A model generated the notes under the pieces. It did no database searches, was not told the DNA's origin, and saw only the letters and a program-made list of their open reading frames with translations. Made by a program: the position numbers and the translations under genes. DNA of 62,038 bases, the filler included, from Choristocarpus tenellus KU-1152 (Eukaryota; Protista; Phaeophyceae), in the NCBI GenBank assembly GCA_964200185.2. It is 13 parts of 13 records of this genome, joined end to end, with 100 filler letters (N's around TTAATTAATTAA, not from the genome) between each part and the next. Parts side by side here need not be neighbours in the genome. Positions count along the whole stretch, not along the records: positions 17,467 to 30,833 come from CAXNAD020001509.1; positions 30,934 to 36,029 come from CAXNAD020011892.1; positions 36,130 to 38,924 come from CAXNAD020024687.1; 10 more parts are not named here. One strand, given 5' to 3'. Positions 23,888 to 36,728 of the stretch are shown in pieces. The stretch's first letter is position 1. Each line of letters opens with the position of its first letter.

Positions 23888-25639
23888 GCAGCAGGAGTAG
23901 TAGTGTCCCTAAAGCAGTCGCAGTAGTGTAGTAGCTCTGGTGTGTCAAAAGAACAAAAGTATAGTGGTGAAAATGATGGGGAGGGAAAGTCATGACTGAA
24001 AGAGCAAAAAATATAAATTGTCATGGTGAGGAGGGCAACTGGATTGATGGCAACAATTCATGCAAACTACAACTAAGTACTCCAGAACGCTACCACTAGA
24101 GCTGCTAGAACGAAGTGCATCAAAGTAGCAGTAGAAACAATAATGCGTTGCTGCTGTACTATTACTAAATCCATTGATACAACAACAACAGCTCTAACAA
24201 TAACAAACAACTAGAAACATACTATTGGCATGGTCTTGATCGATATGTTTTGTTGTAGTAGTATTATCGAAATAAATAGTAACTACTCTGGAGTACGCGG
24301 TACGAAACACGGGATTGCAAAGGCCATCAGTTGCTTCTGCTTCTGCTTCTGCTGCTGCTGGTGATGGTATGCGTTATGGTTGCTACTGGCACAACACTTT
24401 CGTGCTACTTTGGCTATATGTTATTACGACTATGAAATGATAACGATTTATTGTCTATGATCAATGGAGAGGGGCATCTTGTAGTTTACACTGGACAGTA
24501 TCTCCAAAATTTCTTTCTCGTGAATAGAAAAGGAGAAAATATGGAATATTCACAAGAAAGAAAAGGTGTGTACTACTACGTACTATATTTCAATGATCCG
24601 TACGAAAAAGTGGTTTAAAATACGACAAGCGACACTGCTTGATGGGATATGAGGGGCTGGTTGAGATAGTAGGACCGGGCAGGAAAAACCAGGTGGGCAT
24701 ATCAAACGGTGTTCTAACCTGGGGCTTTCTGTGTAGTGAAACGTGAGAAGTACTTTTTTTGCGAGGGTAACCAACATGCACAACGTTCTCGCCTTAAGGC
24801 AAAGAGCAAAACTAGGAACATAATTTTCGTATTTCCTGACCATGCTCTCTTTGCCTGCAGTATGTGGGCATCATAATGTAGGTTACATGGGTGTGACACA
24901 CAAAGAAATTCATCATACACAATCCACAATACATACATACTACAAAGAGCAAGTCCCAAGAATAGGAGGGAATGGACATTATTTAATGAGCAATGAAAAC
25001 AAGAAGTACAAAATAGTACTTAGTGTGTAAAAAAAATGACAACGAGAACAACAGGAACTCCCTCTCCATTTTCGTTTTTTGCCTATATATGGACTCTTTC
25101 TCGTTAACAAGGTACAGGCAAAGAGGCCAGTCAGTGTTCAACCAACAATCCTATTCCAAATGGATGGCTACCACAACAAATTATCGATCTACCAAAATGT
25201 CCTACACAGGGAACAATCGATCAGTTCTCAGAAGTCAATAGGAATGAAATAAGTCCAATATACACCAACACTTGCTCTCTGATCCCCATTCTCCACGGCA
25301 GCTGTGAGTCAAACTAATTGAGACCTAGGCAGAGGTGCCTTTTAAAAATCCCGAGAAAGGGCAAAAGTTGCCATTTGTACAATTGCAGAAAGAGCATGTA
25401 CTGAATTGTGGTGTCACGTTGTCTGTGCAAAAGGGGAATATCAATTTTGGGTAAACTACTTTTCACATAAAGTAATGTAGAGTGTATTTCACAGCGTAAG
25501 AGAGATGAATTAGAATACAAAAAGGCTCAAACCTGCCCATGTCTCAATTGGTTTGGCTCAGTGGGAGTAGTTAACTTAGAGTCCCTACCACCACTTCAAC
25601 ATGCACTCACTACTTAGAGCTGATGAGAATATCTACAGT

Positions 25640-25885
25640 ACAAACATTTAAGAGGGTAGGAGTTTTGTCCTGTTTGTCCGTTTGGGGCTGAGCTTCTCAC
25701 GTTTTTTTTATGCCCTATTTCAGTTTTCGAATTATTTCGGAATAGAGAAAAGGTATACAACTATGAAACTGCTTTGGAGCAAGGATATTGACACTCTCTA
25801 ATATACGCGATGACCAAAATCACATCAAAATCGCAACAATGGATTATGGACCCCAAACGGCCTACCCTCTTAAATTCTTTCACTC
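25640..25885 (-). mobile_element. MITE family A, diverged, reverse orientation
   Basis: Colinear with the reverse complement of the consensus. Confidence 0.75.
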
Positions 25886-27479
25886 AGCACCCATTGTTTG
25901 AATGGCAAAAGTAGTGATGAAGCCCACAGCATAGCCAAGCCAAAGGAAGGCGCAAAGTGGCCACGCCTTGCAGTTGGTGGGCAGTTGTATGCAGAGAAAA
26001 ACGTATTCGGCACATAAAAAAAAAGATTGGCGAACGAGTAAGTTCTTTTCATCCGTTAATGATAGAGATACTGTGTGGGAAAAGATGGAACATAAAGAGC
26101 ATACACAATTTCTCTATTTTTACCTTTTTTCTACTCTTTACTGCAATAGATGAGAGAACTGTAATTAATACTAAACACACCAGCTCTATGCTTTTCATTA
26201 TACAACTCAATTTCTAACTGTACAAAATATAACTTGTATGTACGAACATGCCAGGTAGCTAACAGAATCTAATTAACTATTACCAACAACGCCAAGTATT
26301 GTTGTTGTTGATGAATCTTAATGCACAGTATGTGTGAGCATCTTTGTAACACACCTACGTACTTCTACTGGGAAAACATGGTATGACCAAAGCAATATTG
26401 TATTTGAGGATGCCTTGATTTTGTATTGTTCTCCAGATCATGTTTGAGCAACGCTACCAACGAATGAAAGTAAACAGAAAAATTCTAATCCGCTTTTCTT
26501 CTACAACAGCAAGCACAAACTACACATCACACAGCTTTTTCAGTGATCTTGATAGTTTCCAAAATGTGCTGTGCACTTCATTGAGTTTGGAGTAATTTTT
26601 TACTACCCCCTTGCTCCATTGTTGTTTCAAGATAAATCTCTTGGGTGGTTTGAGTTCTCTTCTTTTTGTGTTCTCTGCTGCCCTGCACGTTGTTGCTTGT
26701 TCGTCCTCCTTTCAGGTGTTGGAATCACTTCGTTCACTTTGAAGGATCCTTCGGCATCCCACTGTTAGAAGGTATACTCCACTAGTTGGTTAACCTTGCC
26801 ATGGTCATTGGGACTCATCCAAGTCATCTCCAGCTCCTATAATCCGGATCACCGATTGTCTGGTGCGATATCAACGATCTGGCTATTGAGGAAGTGGCAC
26901 TTGTCTGCCAAGAAAAAAATCTTAGTCGTTATCCGTCCTTGCACACGTTACAACAACCGGGCTGTTACTTCCTTTTCCTGCACCCCCCACACATCTGTGA
27001 CGTCATGAGCTATCCCCGTTGTATGCACAACCCATCAGCACCGTTGCCATGGTCATTACCACCATCATAATCCACGTCACTGTTGTCATCCTTGCACACC
27101 TCCTCGTCAATAGTTCTTGTGATCCGAGGCCCGTGTTCTAATCGTTTTGAGCAGAGGAAGTGTTTGGTGTATGTATTTACTACTCGCAACAACAATGAAG
27201 AGGGAGGATCTATTGTAAGGAAGGAGAGTTAGGCATATTTCAATAATGTAACAAAAGGCGTGCATGATATATGTATGAAACAAATTGGATAAGAAGCGAT
27301 GGTCGTTTGTTTGCCTCAGCAGAATCAAAAATCCCCCCAAAACCCAGAGAATCTCCTTCATAGGCTGGGGATAAGTCTTTTGTACCTATGGTATATACCT
27401 CAACACTCTTTCAAAGTAGGCAAATTCATGTTTATTTGGTTCATTCATGGACTGAGATAAGTGTCAGATAGAAAACTTC

Positions 27480-28660
27480 AAACCCGATTTGGTGTTAGTA
27501 TGCAGATTCAATAATGATCCACAGTGATATGCTGGTAACGTTCAGGTACTAGTTGTGTCTAGCTTCTTAGGACATTGAGTACTACTCTTGGTATTTCTAT
27601 CAATTTCATGAATGACTGGCGATTTGGTGCTGTTGCACTCGGTCATGCCAAATCGAGATATTTCCTGTTAGCACGATTCTCTTGAGACATTGTCATTCTT
27701 GCCTCTTGCATTATTATCATGCGTCACTTGTATGCCCAACATTAGTTTCCCTCTAACGATCTTTTTCATTGTAAACCTACCCATGAGATATCTCTTAAAT
27801 TGGTTTACCAGTGGAGTGGACGGAGCTTCGAAGGGTTCAGCCATCATGGACATAAATCGATACACTAGTACTTCAATATAGTTTTCATTTAATAGGAGAG
27901 TTTTGAATAGCTCACAAATGGTTCTAAATCAGACATCTGCAAGAGCGTTTCAGAACCGAAATATATTCCGATTCCAGGATGAATGCCTTAGCCCATTAAA
28001 AAACTTTAACCTGCCAGTCATGATATCAGCCGTTCAAGAATCTCTTACGTCTTAACTGGGCTTGACGTCATACATATCTTCTCCCTCTAAGGTCGGTACT
28101 TGCAATAAATCACTGTTCACCTCTAGATTTACGGCACTTCCCAGTTTGAGGCAGGGTATCTTAGAGGGTAGAGTCGCGTCCATTTGGGGGTCAACATCCA
28201 ATGTTGCGATTTTGATGTAATTTTGGCAATCGTGTTTGTTAGGAAGTGTCAACATCCTTGTTCCGGATACACCTTTTAATAATTTATACATTTTGCATAC
28301 TCTGAAACATTTTGTAGTAGGAAAATGTCATAAAAAACCCCGTGGGAAGCCAAGCCCCAAATGGACAAACAGGGCAAAACTCGTACCCTCTAAGATAATT
28401 TAACTCTTTCCGCTATTTGAAATAGTGAGTATTAGTCTCTACTACTCGAAAGATTACTAGCACGACTGCTCTTAACTGAGTATTCAGTCCCACGCGCAGG
28501 GCTGTACCTTTGACCTACCCATCGTTCTTTTGATCTACACCGAGAAAATGATCGTTTTATCTTGGGGTGCTTGGACAAGTCAAGAACATCATGCTGTTTC
28601 TTCGTGTTATTATATAATGTTTGCTTTATGTCTTGCTTCCAACCATCTTCCCATTTCAAA
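27480..28660 (-). mobile_element. Degenerate Ty1/copia reverse transcriptase, interrupted by a MITE
   Basis: Motifs in order across broken frames: WKQDIKQ.., LKFFNGLRHSSWN (cf. LxKxLYGLxQSxRxW), SIYVHD (YVDD), RFTMKK..LMLGIQV, SRFGMTECNSTKSP. Confidence 0.75.
28148..28406 (+). mobile_element. MITE family A, full length, TSD TTT, inserted in copia RT
   Basis: TIRs present; TTT at 28145-28147 and 28407-28409. Confidence 0.92.
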
Positions 28661-30554
28661 GGAGTTAGGAAGTTACTCTACGTGGATGGGCAGTAAGAGT
28701 CTTGTCACAGTCTTGGGTTGGTGGAATATAGTTGCCTGTAGATGAAGTTACCTTTACTGTATGCTGCAGTCGGCTCTCCAATAGTGTATGTGATGTATCA
28801 TGCGATGAAAAGTAGAAGAAAGTTGTACTTAGTCATCCTGCCTTGTCTAGATATACAGAAGCGGAAGGAGAAATAAGATTTTGCTAAGAACTACTGCTGC
28901 AATGTACTGCGTGGAGTGTGCTCCCTTGTTCAGTAGTTTAAATTGAAGGCATCGCTCCTACACAAGGAGGCCAGAAACTTGTTGTCAAGGCTGGAAATTT
29001 CCAAGGCCACTATCTCCACACCTACTAACACAACGAAATAGGGAGGGGTGGGTAGATACACAATCCGTACGATATATATATATATATGTCCCCCAATAAT
29101 TATGGGGAAGATGTAGGAAATTTAAAAAATATACATTGATCCCATTTATGTATTGTGACTATAGTTGTCCTCTTCACTACAGCGTGGAGAAGCCCAAGAA
29201 TTCCTTATCTGCTCTGTTCTCTCCCTCTTCGCTACGGAGAGGAAAACCAACATTCGTTATGTGCTATATTCTTTCCTTGGAAATAGTACAATCATCCGAG
29301 TATTTGTTTCACTTAGCAAAGAAAAATCGAGTATCACTGTATATTATGTGTACTCTTTTTTCAGTGTGTACAGACAGTAGTTGCAATTGCCATCGATAGT
29401 GCATTATATATGCACTTTGTACGCAGGTAACAATAGAATATTACTCGATGAGTTCCTACTATAACACGACATGTTTTGAACCTATAGCTGGCCATTGAAA
29501 CCCAGGGTGAAATTGCATAGAAATCGATATTTTTTTGTCGCTCTAGCAGACGGAACTGAAATGGAATTTTCTCAGGGATACATACGACTGTATGTAGGCT
29601 ATCGGTGCTGGGGATGTGAAAATGAGGTGTAGTCTGTACATGTGGGCCCTCTGTTAGCGTTTTAAGACGTGTCGTAACCCCCTCGCTGATGATGATGATC
29701 ATGCTTGTTTGCTTCTTCTTTCGCAACCGTGTATGTCGTGTGTGAACCTTGTCTTCTGTACTAGTATTACTAATAGTACTACGACTACTATTGGCACTAC
29801 CACCACTACCATGACGACAACGAATGTATTAGTCCTATTAATACTACATTAACGTTAAGGAAGATAAATATTAGATAAGAGTGACCACTCTATACACCTA
29901 GGAATGTAGTGGTTTTTCTTCAAACTGCAACCTCTTGTGGTCAAAGTTCGTCACGGTCACAACCGATTCTTACATCGCAAGTTGGTTTAGGAGTCAGTGC
30001 CTCGAGTTCTGACACTCAAAATAGTCTCCACTGCTCTGACGATGCTCATTGTCTGTGCCTCATGGTTTCTCGACAATAATCGCACTGCTTTTCAACCCAG
30101 GAAGACAGTGGCGGAACCATAGACTTTGACGGAAGTGAATTACTCGGAAGGAGACCTATGGTGACCATGCTGCTGGATCCAGAGAGATGATCAGTCCACC
30201 ATCTGAGGACTAAGCCTACGGTGATGATCCTGGAGAGAACGTTGGTCCAACTGATCAAAGCACAAACGAATCGAAAACTACTAGTATTTATTGTAGTATT
30301 AATACGCTCCATGAACCTTCCTCAGCAATTTCGTCATGAAGAGCTCGAGCATCGTCCTTGGCAGCTTTGTGAGACCAAACAACGACAACTAACAGCGGAT
30401 TTTAAAAATTGAGGATGGAGCGTACTATTGAGGATGGTTTTGACCGAAAATGGTGCGGAAAAAGTGCCGATATGTTTTTTTTTTGTAAATGTTGGGGCAC
30501 TTTTTAAGGGTCACTTTTTGAATGGGAATCCATGCCGAAGAAGGTGGTAGTAGG

Positions 30555-30672
30555 ACATACTTAATTGATCTTGTACGTTTCCAATGTCCAGAAACCAAAA
30601 GGTAAAAAAAATGGCACCCTCCAATTTTTTGAGATACAAAATCTGAAATTGTTGGACATTTGTATTCTTAAA
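30555..30672 (+). repeat. Dispersed copy of the 8995-9110 segment of the ParB-linked array
   Basis: CATACTTAATTGATCTTGTACGTTTCCAATGTCCAGAAACCAAAAGGTAAAAAAAATGGCACCCTCCAATTTTTTGAGATACAAAATCTGAAATTGTTGGACA aligns colinearly to ~8995-9110. Confidence 0.85.
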
Positions 30673-30785
30673 GAGTGAGACTATCTTAGAGGGTACACTA
30701 TAGTCAAAATTACATCAAAATCACAACATTGTATTTTGACCCCCAAATGGACACGGCTCTACCCTCTAAGAATATACTTTGGCTC
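30673..30785 (-). mobile_element. MITE family A, internally deleted (113 bp), TSD TAAA
   Basis: Both TIRs retained; TAAA on both sides. Confidence 0.85.
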
Positions 30786-31269
30786 TAAAAATGGCTCAAA
30801 GTATCTGGGAGGGGGTGGTGACTGTCCATTTGGNNNNNNNNNNNNNNNNNNNNNNNNNNNNNNNNNNNNNNNNNNNNTTAATTAATTAANNNNNNNNNNN
30901 NNNNNNNNNNNNNNNNNNNNNNNNNNNNNNNNNGGGGGGTCTACACCAGGTTGACCATTTGACCAAAACCAGGAAAAGTGCACTTACATTATCCATCCGA
31001 CGTACACCAGCCACCCCCCCACAGATATTTTAAGCCTCCATGAGTTTATGGTCCCAGCGGCTAGAGTGCTCCCAGGCTACCTGTGGTTAGCTCCTCCTTT
31101 CCCTTCTGGTGGAGGCTTAGTTACTGCTCCTGCTAATGTCCTGCTCCCCTAGTGGCAGGTACAGTAATTGTTTTTTTCATTCCGTAAGCAAGAATCTTGT
31201 CACAGGGTCCCAGTGCTCAATATTTAGCATGGTATACCAGGTACCCAAAGTATTCCCCTTGACCTCCAG

Positions 31270-33376
31270 TTCTTGCTTGTTATCGATCGTACCATATCCC
31301 ATGTCTACTTGGCCTCCATCTTCCCATTTTTGTCGAAGATGCAGGTCCACTTTGTTGGTATGACGATGATGAGACTATTGCCCACTTCAGCTTCTGTAGC
31401 TTATATCAGGTCTTGTGATGAGCTGCACTGGGATCTCGTCCTCCGCTTGTCCTCCATTGAGCTGCACGGGGATCTAGTCCTCCGCGCATCCTCCGTTGAG
31501 CTGCACGGGGATCTCGTCCTCCGTGCGTCCTTTGTTGAGCTGCATGGGAATCTTGTCCTCCGCCCATCCTTCATTGATTCCTCTTTCGTAGTTCCAGTAC
31601 GATGTTCGTTCCTATTCCGTTAGTGTCTCCGTGAGTTCAGGACGACGTATTTTCGCCACAGAATGTCTTATAGACCCTTTCGCTGGCATAAACCACCAGA
31701 GATAATCTCCACGTTGTCCAAGTCTCCACTTGTCATGCTGGTGCTCCAGTCCAGTTGGGCAACTTCTTCATGTCGTTGAGGCCCAACACCTGCTCCTTTT
31801 CTCCTTACTACTAAGGCTCATAACCTGTGTCATAACCTGTGCAATTTACCTTGGGAAGTAAGGTTATTTATCAGTTGTGAAGACAAGACGGTGTGAAGCC
31901 TCATTCGGTTCCCCATTGCTGAACGTGATTACATGGTAGAAATTGGAAGAGTGACCTTTGTGGGGTGTCTTCTCATTGCTTGTTTTATTATTATTTGTGT
32001 CTCATACATAAGTCAACGGTTATGTCAAAGTAGCTGAATGCAGAATAAAAACCCAGACATATTCCCATTCATAATCTGGGTGTATTATCTCATTAGTTAC
32101 ATCTCTCATACACAATATAAGATACACCTCACTATTGTCCTATTTTGCACATTTGTTAACCTCCTCGTCTGCTGTCACCTTGAAAGTTGATAGGACCCTG
32201 CTGGGTTCCCGTTGACTCTGTTGCTGCTCCCATCAGGTGGAGGTGGCGGAAATGTTCTTTGCAGGCACCATCCCAGGCGGACGTGTTGCAGGTGGCTTTC
32301 CATTCAAGTATGACTAGCACTTCTGCCATTGATGGTTCATCTTCAAGTAGTATGCACATTGGTTTGGTTTGGGGCCGCTTCCAGCTGATCCCCTGATCTT
32401 CCGACCATGGCTGTTCCTTACAGTGCTGTGCATTGCCAATACCCCACCATGCCCATCTTGTCCTGAGTGAAGGTAAGTTGTCGAAGAGATTATTACCAGT
32501 TTGACCTCCTCATATCCGATGTCAGGGCACGTTATTAATTGCACAAACACATGTGGAATGGCTTCCTTGATTCCAAGCAGTATAAATGCCCGTTTCATGT
32601 TTTCGGATTTAGGCTCCTTTGTATATCGGTGCTGTCCTGAGACGCTGCGCACTGTAGTTCTTGAAGTCCCGCCTCCAAAGTGATGAGCTGGACGGGGATC
32701 TCATCCTCCGCGAGTCCTCCGTAGACTCTTTCTTGCTCTATCCAGATCCCTCTGCCGTCCGGTTGACCCTCGTTTTCATGTATCGCAACAATGGCTGATG
32801 CTGACCCCTTTGTCACTTGGATAAGGAGAAACCATAACGCTTGTTGTTCTTGATATATGTGGTATGTGCCGTTCGCACTGCCTCTCCCGAAATGATGGTG
32901 GACATTTCAGAAATCTCATAGTCTCTCGTCGTAATCTCGTAGAAACCCTTTCCATCATCAGCGTGGCCTATCAAAGACAGTCTCCAAGTGGACCAGGTCT
33001 CCAATGACCTTCCTGTGGCCCCCATCCAGACAGCAAGTTTCTTCAGGTCGGTCTCCATACTACTAAGGATCATAACCTGTGCAATTTACCTTCGAAGGTA
33101 TTGTTATTTATCGGTAGTGAAGACAAGAAGGTGTGGAGCCTCACACAATACCCTTTGCTGAACGTGAAAAGAAAGGATGAAATTAGAAGAGTAGCCTTTG
33201 TCTTCTATTGTTTGGTTCTTTATTATTATTTGCGTCAGAACAGTTTAACTATAATAATGAACTCCATAGATAGTTCAGATATACTATCTCTTAGTGACAT
33301 CATTTGGACTCAATTCAACGCAATAATCTCACATGCACAAAATAAGGTAAACCTCACTATTGTCATAGTTTGCACA
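31270..33376 (-). mobile_element. Tandem gag-only copia-like LTR elements (LTR-PBS-gag-LTR-PBS-gag)
   Basis: Two homologous ~300-bp LTRs (33078-33376 and 31838-32151), each bounded TGTGCAA..TTGCACA and followed on the minus strand by a copia-type PBS GGTTATGA(T/G)CC. The internal ~925 bp encode a frameshifted gag (ATG 33058; DGRGIW..YGG; degenerate knuckle CAYYLKMNHQWQKC) and no pol. Confidence 0.75.
31420..31577. repeat. 39-bp tandem repeat x4 within the second gag copy
   Basis: Unit GAGCTGCACGGGGATCTCGTCCTCCGCGCATCCTCCGTT; single-copy counterpart at ~32685-32723. Confidence 0.92.
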
Positions 33377-35424
33377 GTTTCACAGTAAGTCAATCCAAGG
33401 ACACATTTCCTAATCAAATTCTAAGAGGTACATTCTCAAAAATTAAGACTGCTATGCTCAATTGTTATCATCTGAGGTAGATATCCTCCACCTGTCCACT
33501 GCAGCATTCTAGTCAAAGATCTCTAAGACTAGTCAGAAGATTTTTTTTTTAAAGCCCTAATTCAATAAGGTAAGGAATTATATCCCAGGCAGGACCATGC
33601 CAGATAACACACAATATATCGCCTCCTGGTTCCTTGTTCCAGTCTATCCCACAAATTCAGGCACATGCCGATAAAGGGAGGAGTCTGACTACAGTTAAAA
33701 CTATCCATGGCTTCGATTCAAGCAATCGCTGCAACGATCCTGGACAAACTTGAAATGGGTATCTTAACTGTCATATTACACTGGACCGACAGGGTGTACT
33801 TGAAATCTGCTGCCACTCCTCCCCATATAATCTTGCCATGAATCCCATCGATCTCAAAAACAAGCTGTTTTGTGCCAGCCACACACACTCTGCCCTACAG
33901 CCCTTGGTTATAACCAATACTATTTCCAGCTCTTCTCCCGGAAGGCGTTGCAAGATTTCGTGTTGTTGACCTTGCGAAGCGATAACACATAATTTATCCT
34001 GTCATTGGGGGCTTCTGGTATAGCATGCCCGTTAACCTGGCATACCCACATGTACCTGGTCATATTCACTGGCACAGTATCTGGCGTCATATCCAGTGGA
34101 TCTGTTGGAATCCAATACATCAAGTTGTGCATATGATGCCTTGGTGGTATCGAAAGTTGGTGGATTGTGATACATGGTCAGTTGGGTATCTCAATAGAAC
34201 ATGCATTAAGTAGAAACCAAATATTAGGGCAGAGTCATTCAGTGCGCAAAATAGTGGGCCATCGTTCTATTCCATGGCTTCACTGGCTAATGGGAGAAGA
34301 GCATATTTTGAACTACACATGGTTGCAAAATAGACAATACGATCTCTAGTCTTTCATCAATGACACCCGGCTCAAACAAGTCTTGACATACGTGTCCTCC
34401 AGCACAATGTGCTCCAAATCGCTAGAATTATTCAGTGTATTCCGCAGTGTCAACTTAAAAAACGCACGAACAACCCATTTGAATGAATAACAATCACAAC
34501 TTAGTCTGGCACGAACATGTGCCCTAACTCTCACTTTAAAACCACGAATGATGCCATTTGCAAGAGGAGCATGTAATTAAGTTTGGAGGAACCCTATGAC
34601 TGCCTTGAAATATATGTGATTTGAGCACTGTGGAGGACGCTTTCAACAAAATAACGTTTTCATATATACTCTCGTTCTACAACCACACACTTTTCACAAT
34701 GAAGCTAACTACAGTTTAGGCATGGGTGTGATGTACATCGTACAAGATTCAGAAAATGCCATAAAACTTAGAAGGACCAAAATCGACTCCCCACACTAAT
34801 GGTTTCAGTCTTGGAGAACACCATTTATCTGTTACAGGCGATATGTCTTGATGGCGGTTTTATAACCACCATTATGACCTTGAAGTCCTAGATTTGAAGT
34901 GTGCTGTAACATATTTCTGACACAATCCACATCTGACAGCGTCACTCTGAAACACTATGAACCTATCGACCTCGCCAAGATGACAAGTTTTTTGAAGACC
35001 TCTTTCTTGTATTGTTAAGAGGTGGAATATCTAGTCATGTCACAGTTTCATTGTTGATATCAAGAAAAACTTCTCCACATTCCCATATATAGATATTCAG
35101 GATGTTATTGAACTAAAATCTTCATATATTCCCTTGACATTTTGCATATGCCTATAGGGGGGAAAGCAGGCGATATACGAGGGAGAGCATAACAAACACA
35201 ACAACATAATCCGCAGAGGATGCGATTAAGCCCTTTGTATGCACCAAGTGTAGATGAAGTGTGTTTGAAACAAGAAAACAAATGCCTTCCAAAATAAAAG
35301 GAGTATATGTGTAATAAACCCTTTGAGTTGGGTCAAAGAAGATTGCATAGGAGACTGTCGGTAGAGATATTGACATAGTTGCAATTACCACAATTGTGTT
35401 CGCAAAAGTAAGGCCTGTAGTACC

Positions 35425-35670
35425 CTAGAGGGGGGGGCAAGCGTCGGTTCGTGGCATTTGTGACCCTGTAGAGATTTCATGTCATACGAGTGAATATGTC
35501 AGATGATACAAGGCCAATTTCCTTCATCTGAATGCATCTTCCTTTTTCAACCCTCCGGCATAGCTATACCCCTCGGCATAGAGACCAAACCCCTAAAAAT
35601 ATCACTCGCAAAACACGCATCAAACTGAGGTATCTTACAACACCCCATCAAGCCCCTGAGTGGACTGCTT
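35425..35670 (+). repeat. Dispersed repeat family D (second copy inverted at ~40160-40380)
   Basis: Shared GTGACCCTG...TTTCATGTCATA..GATACAAGG..TTTCCTTCATCTGAATGC...AGACCAAACC...TATCTTACAAC..CCCCATCAAGCCC. Confidence 0.75.
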
Positions 35671-36728
35671 GGGGTAAGAAAGCATCCTCCCCCCTCTATG
35701 ATACTATGGGTCTGAGAATCGATCGAGGAGGAAATTTCCATGGTATGATACGGTTTTCCAAAAATATAAAAACACATACTAGAATAATTTTGTGGTACGA
35801 TTACAGTTGAATTTTATTATTATGCCCTCTGACATTTTGCAGATGTGTCAGGGGGGAAACCAATGAAAACTATATATATGTCGTCGTTAGCCCTAAAGAA
35901 ATAAAATATCCTAAACATAAGAACACTATAAAACATTGTGTGGAAATCACTAATCAGTTACTTCACCTGTATCAAATATTGTACTACTGTCTTCCTTATC
36001 TTCCCATCTACCTACTCCTGTGCCCCTGGNNNNNNNNNNNNNNNNNNNNNNNNNNNNNNNNNNNNNNNNNNNNTTAATTAATTAANNNNNNNNNNNNNNN
36101 NNNNNNNNNNNNNNNNNNNNNNNNNNNNNAAGTAGTGGGGAAAGTAAAGCATGGAGGGAGCTGGAGGGGATGAGGAAGGGAGTTGTGAGTTTTTTTTTTT
36201 TCAGATCCATTTATCCGATGACACACTAGAAAAATAATAATAAATATATAATATAATCTCTCTCTCTCTCTCTCCCTCCCTATGTGTGTGTGTATTGTGT
36301 GTTTGTGACTGTAGGGGACTTCTCTTCTGTGAGGTGTTTTTTATGTTTATATTTGCATATGACCAACAACGCCAGCAACTTTCTTTTTATTTTTTTAATA
36401 GTGTGATGCACGTGGTGTGTGCCTGGGTGCTTCTTGCCTCTGCCAGGAACCAACAGAAGAGAATTTAGGTGTATAAGGCTTTATTAAGATTATTATTTTT
36501 ATTATTATTATTATCATTTTTTTTTTCTTTCCTGTGAAGTTTCGTACCCCTCAAGAAAAAAACAGCATTTACCGTGTCTTGGTGTTTCTTTTTTTTTCTT
36601 ATTATACCGTGGCATCTTTTTTGGGGGTTTTTGGGATGTCGGCTGTACCTTTTATTGACATTTTCCTGGTCTGCATCGTGTGTTTGTTTTGTTATTATTG
36701 TTACTATATATGTGCCCTATTTTGTCAG

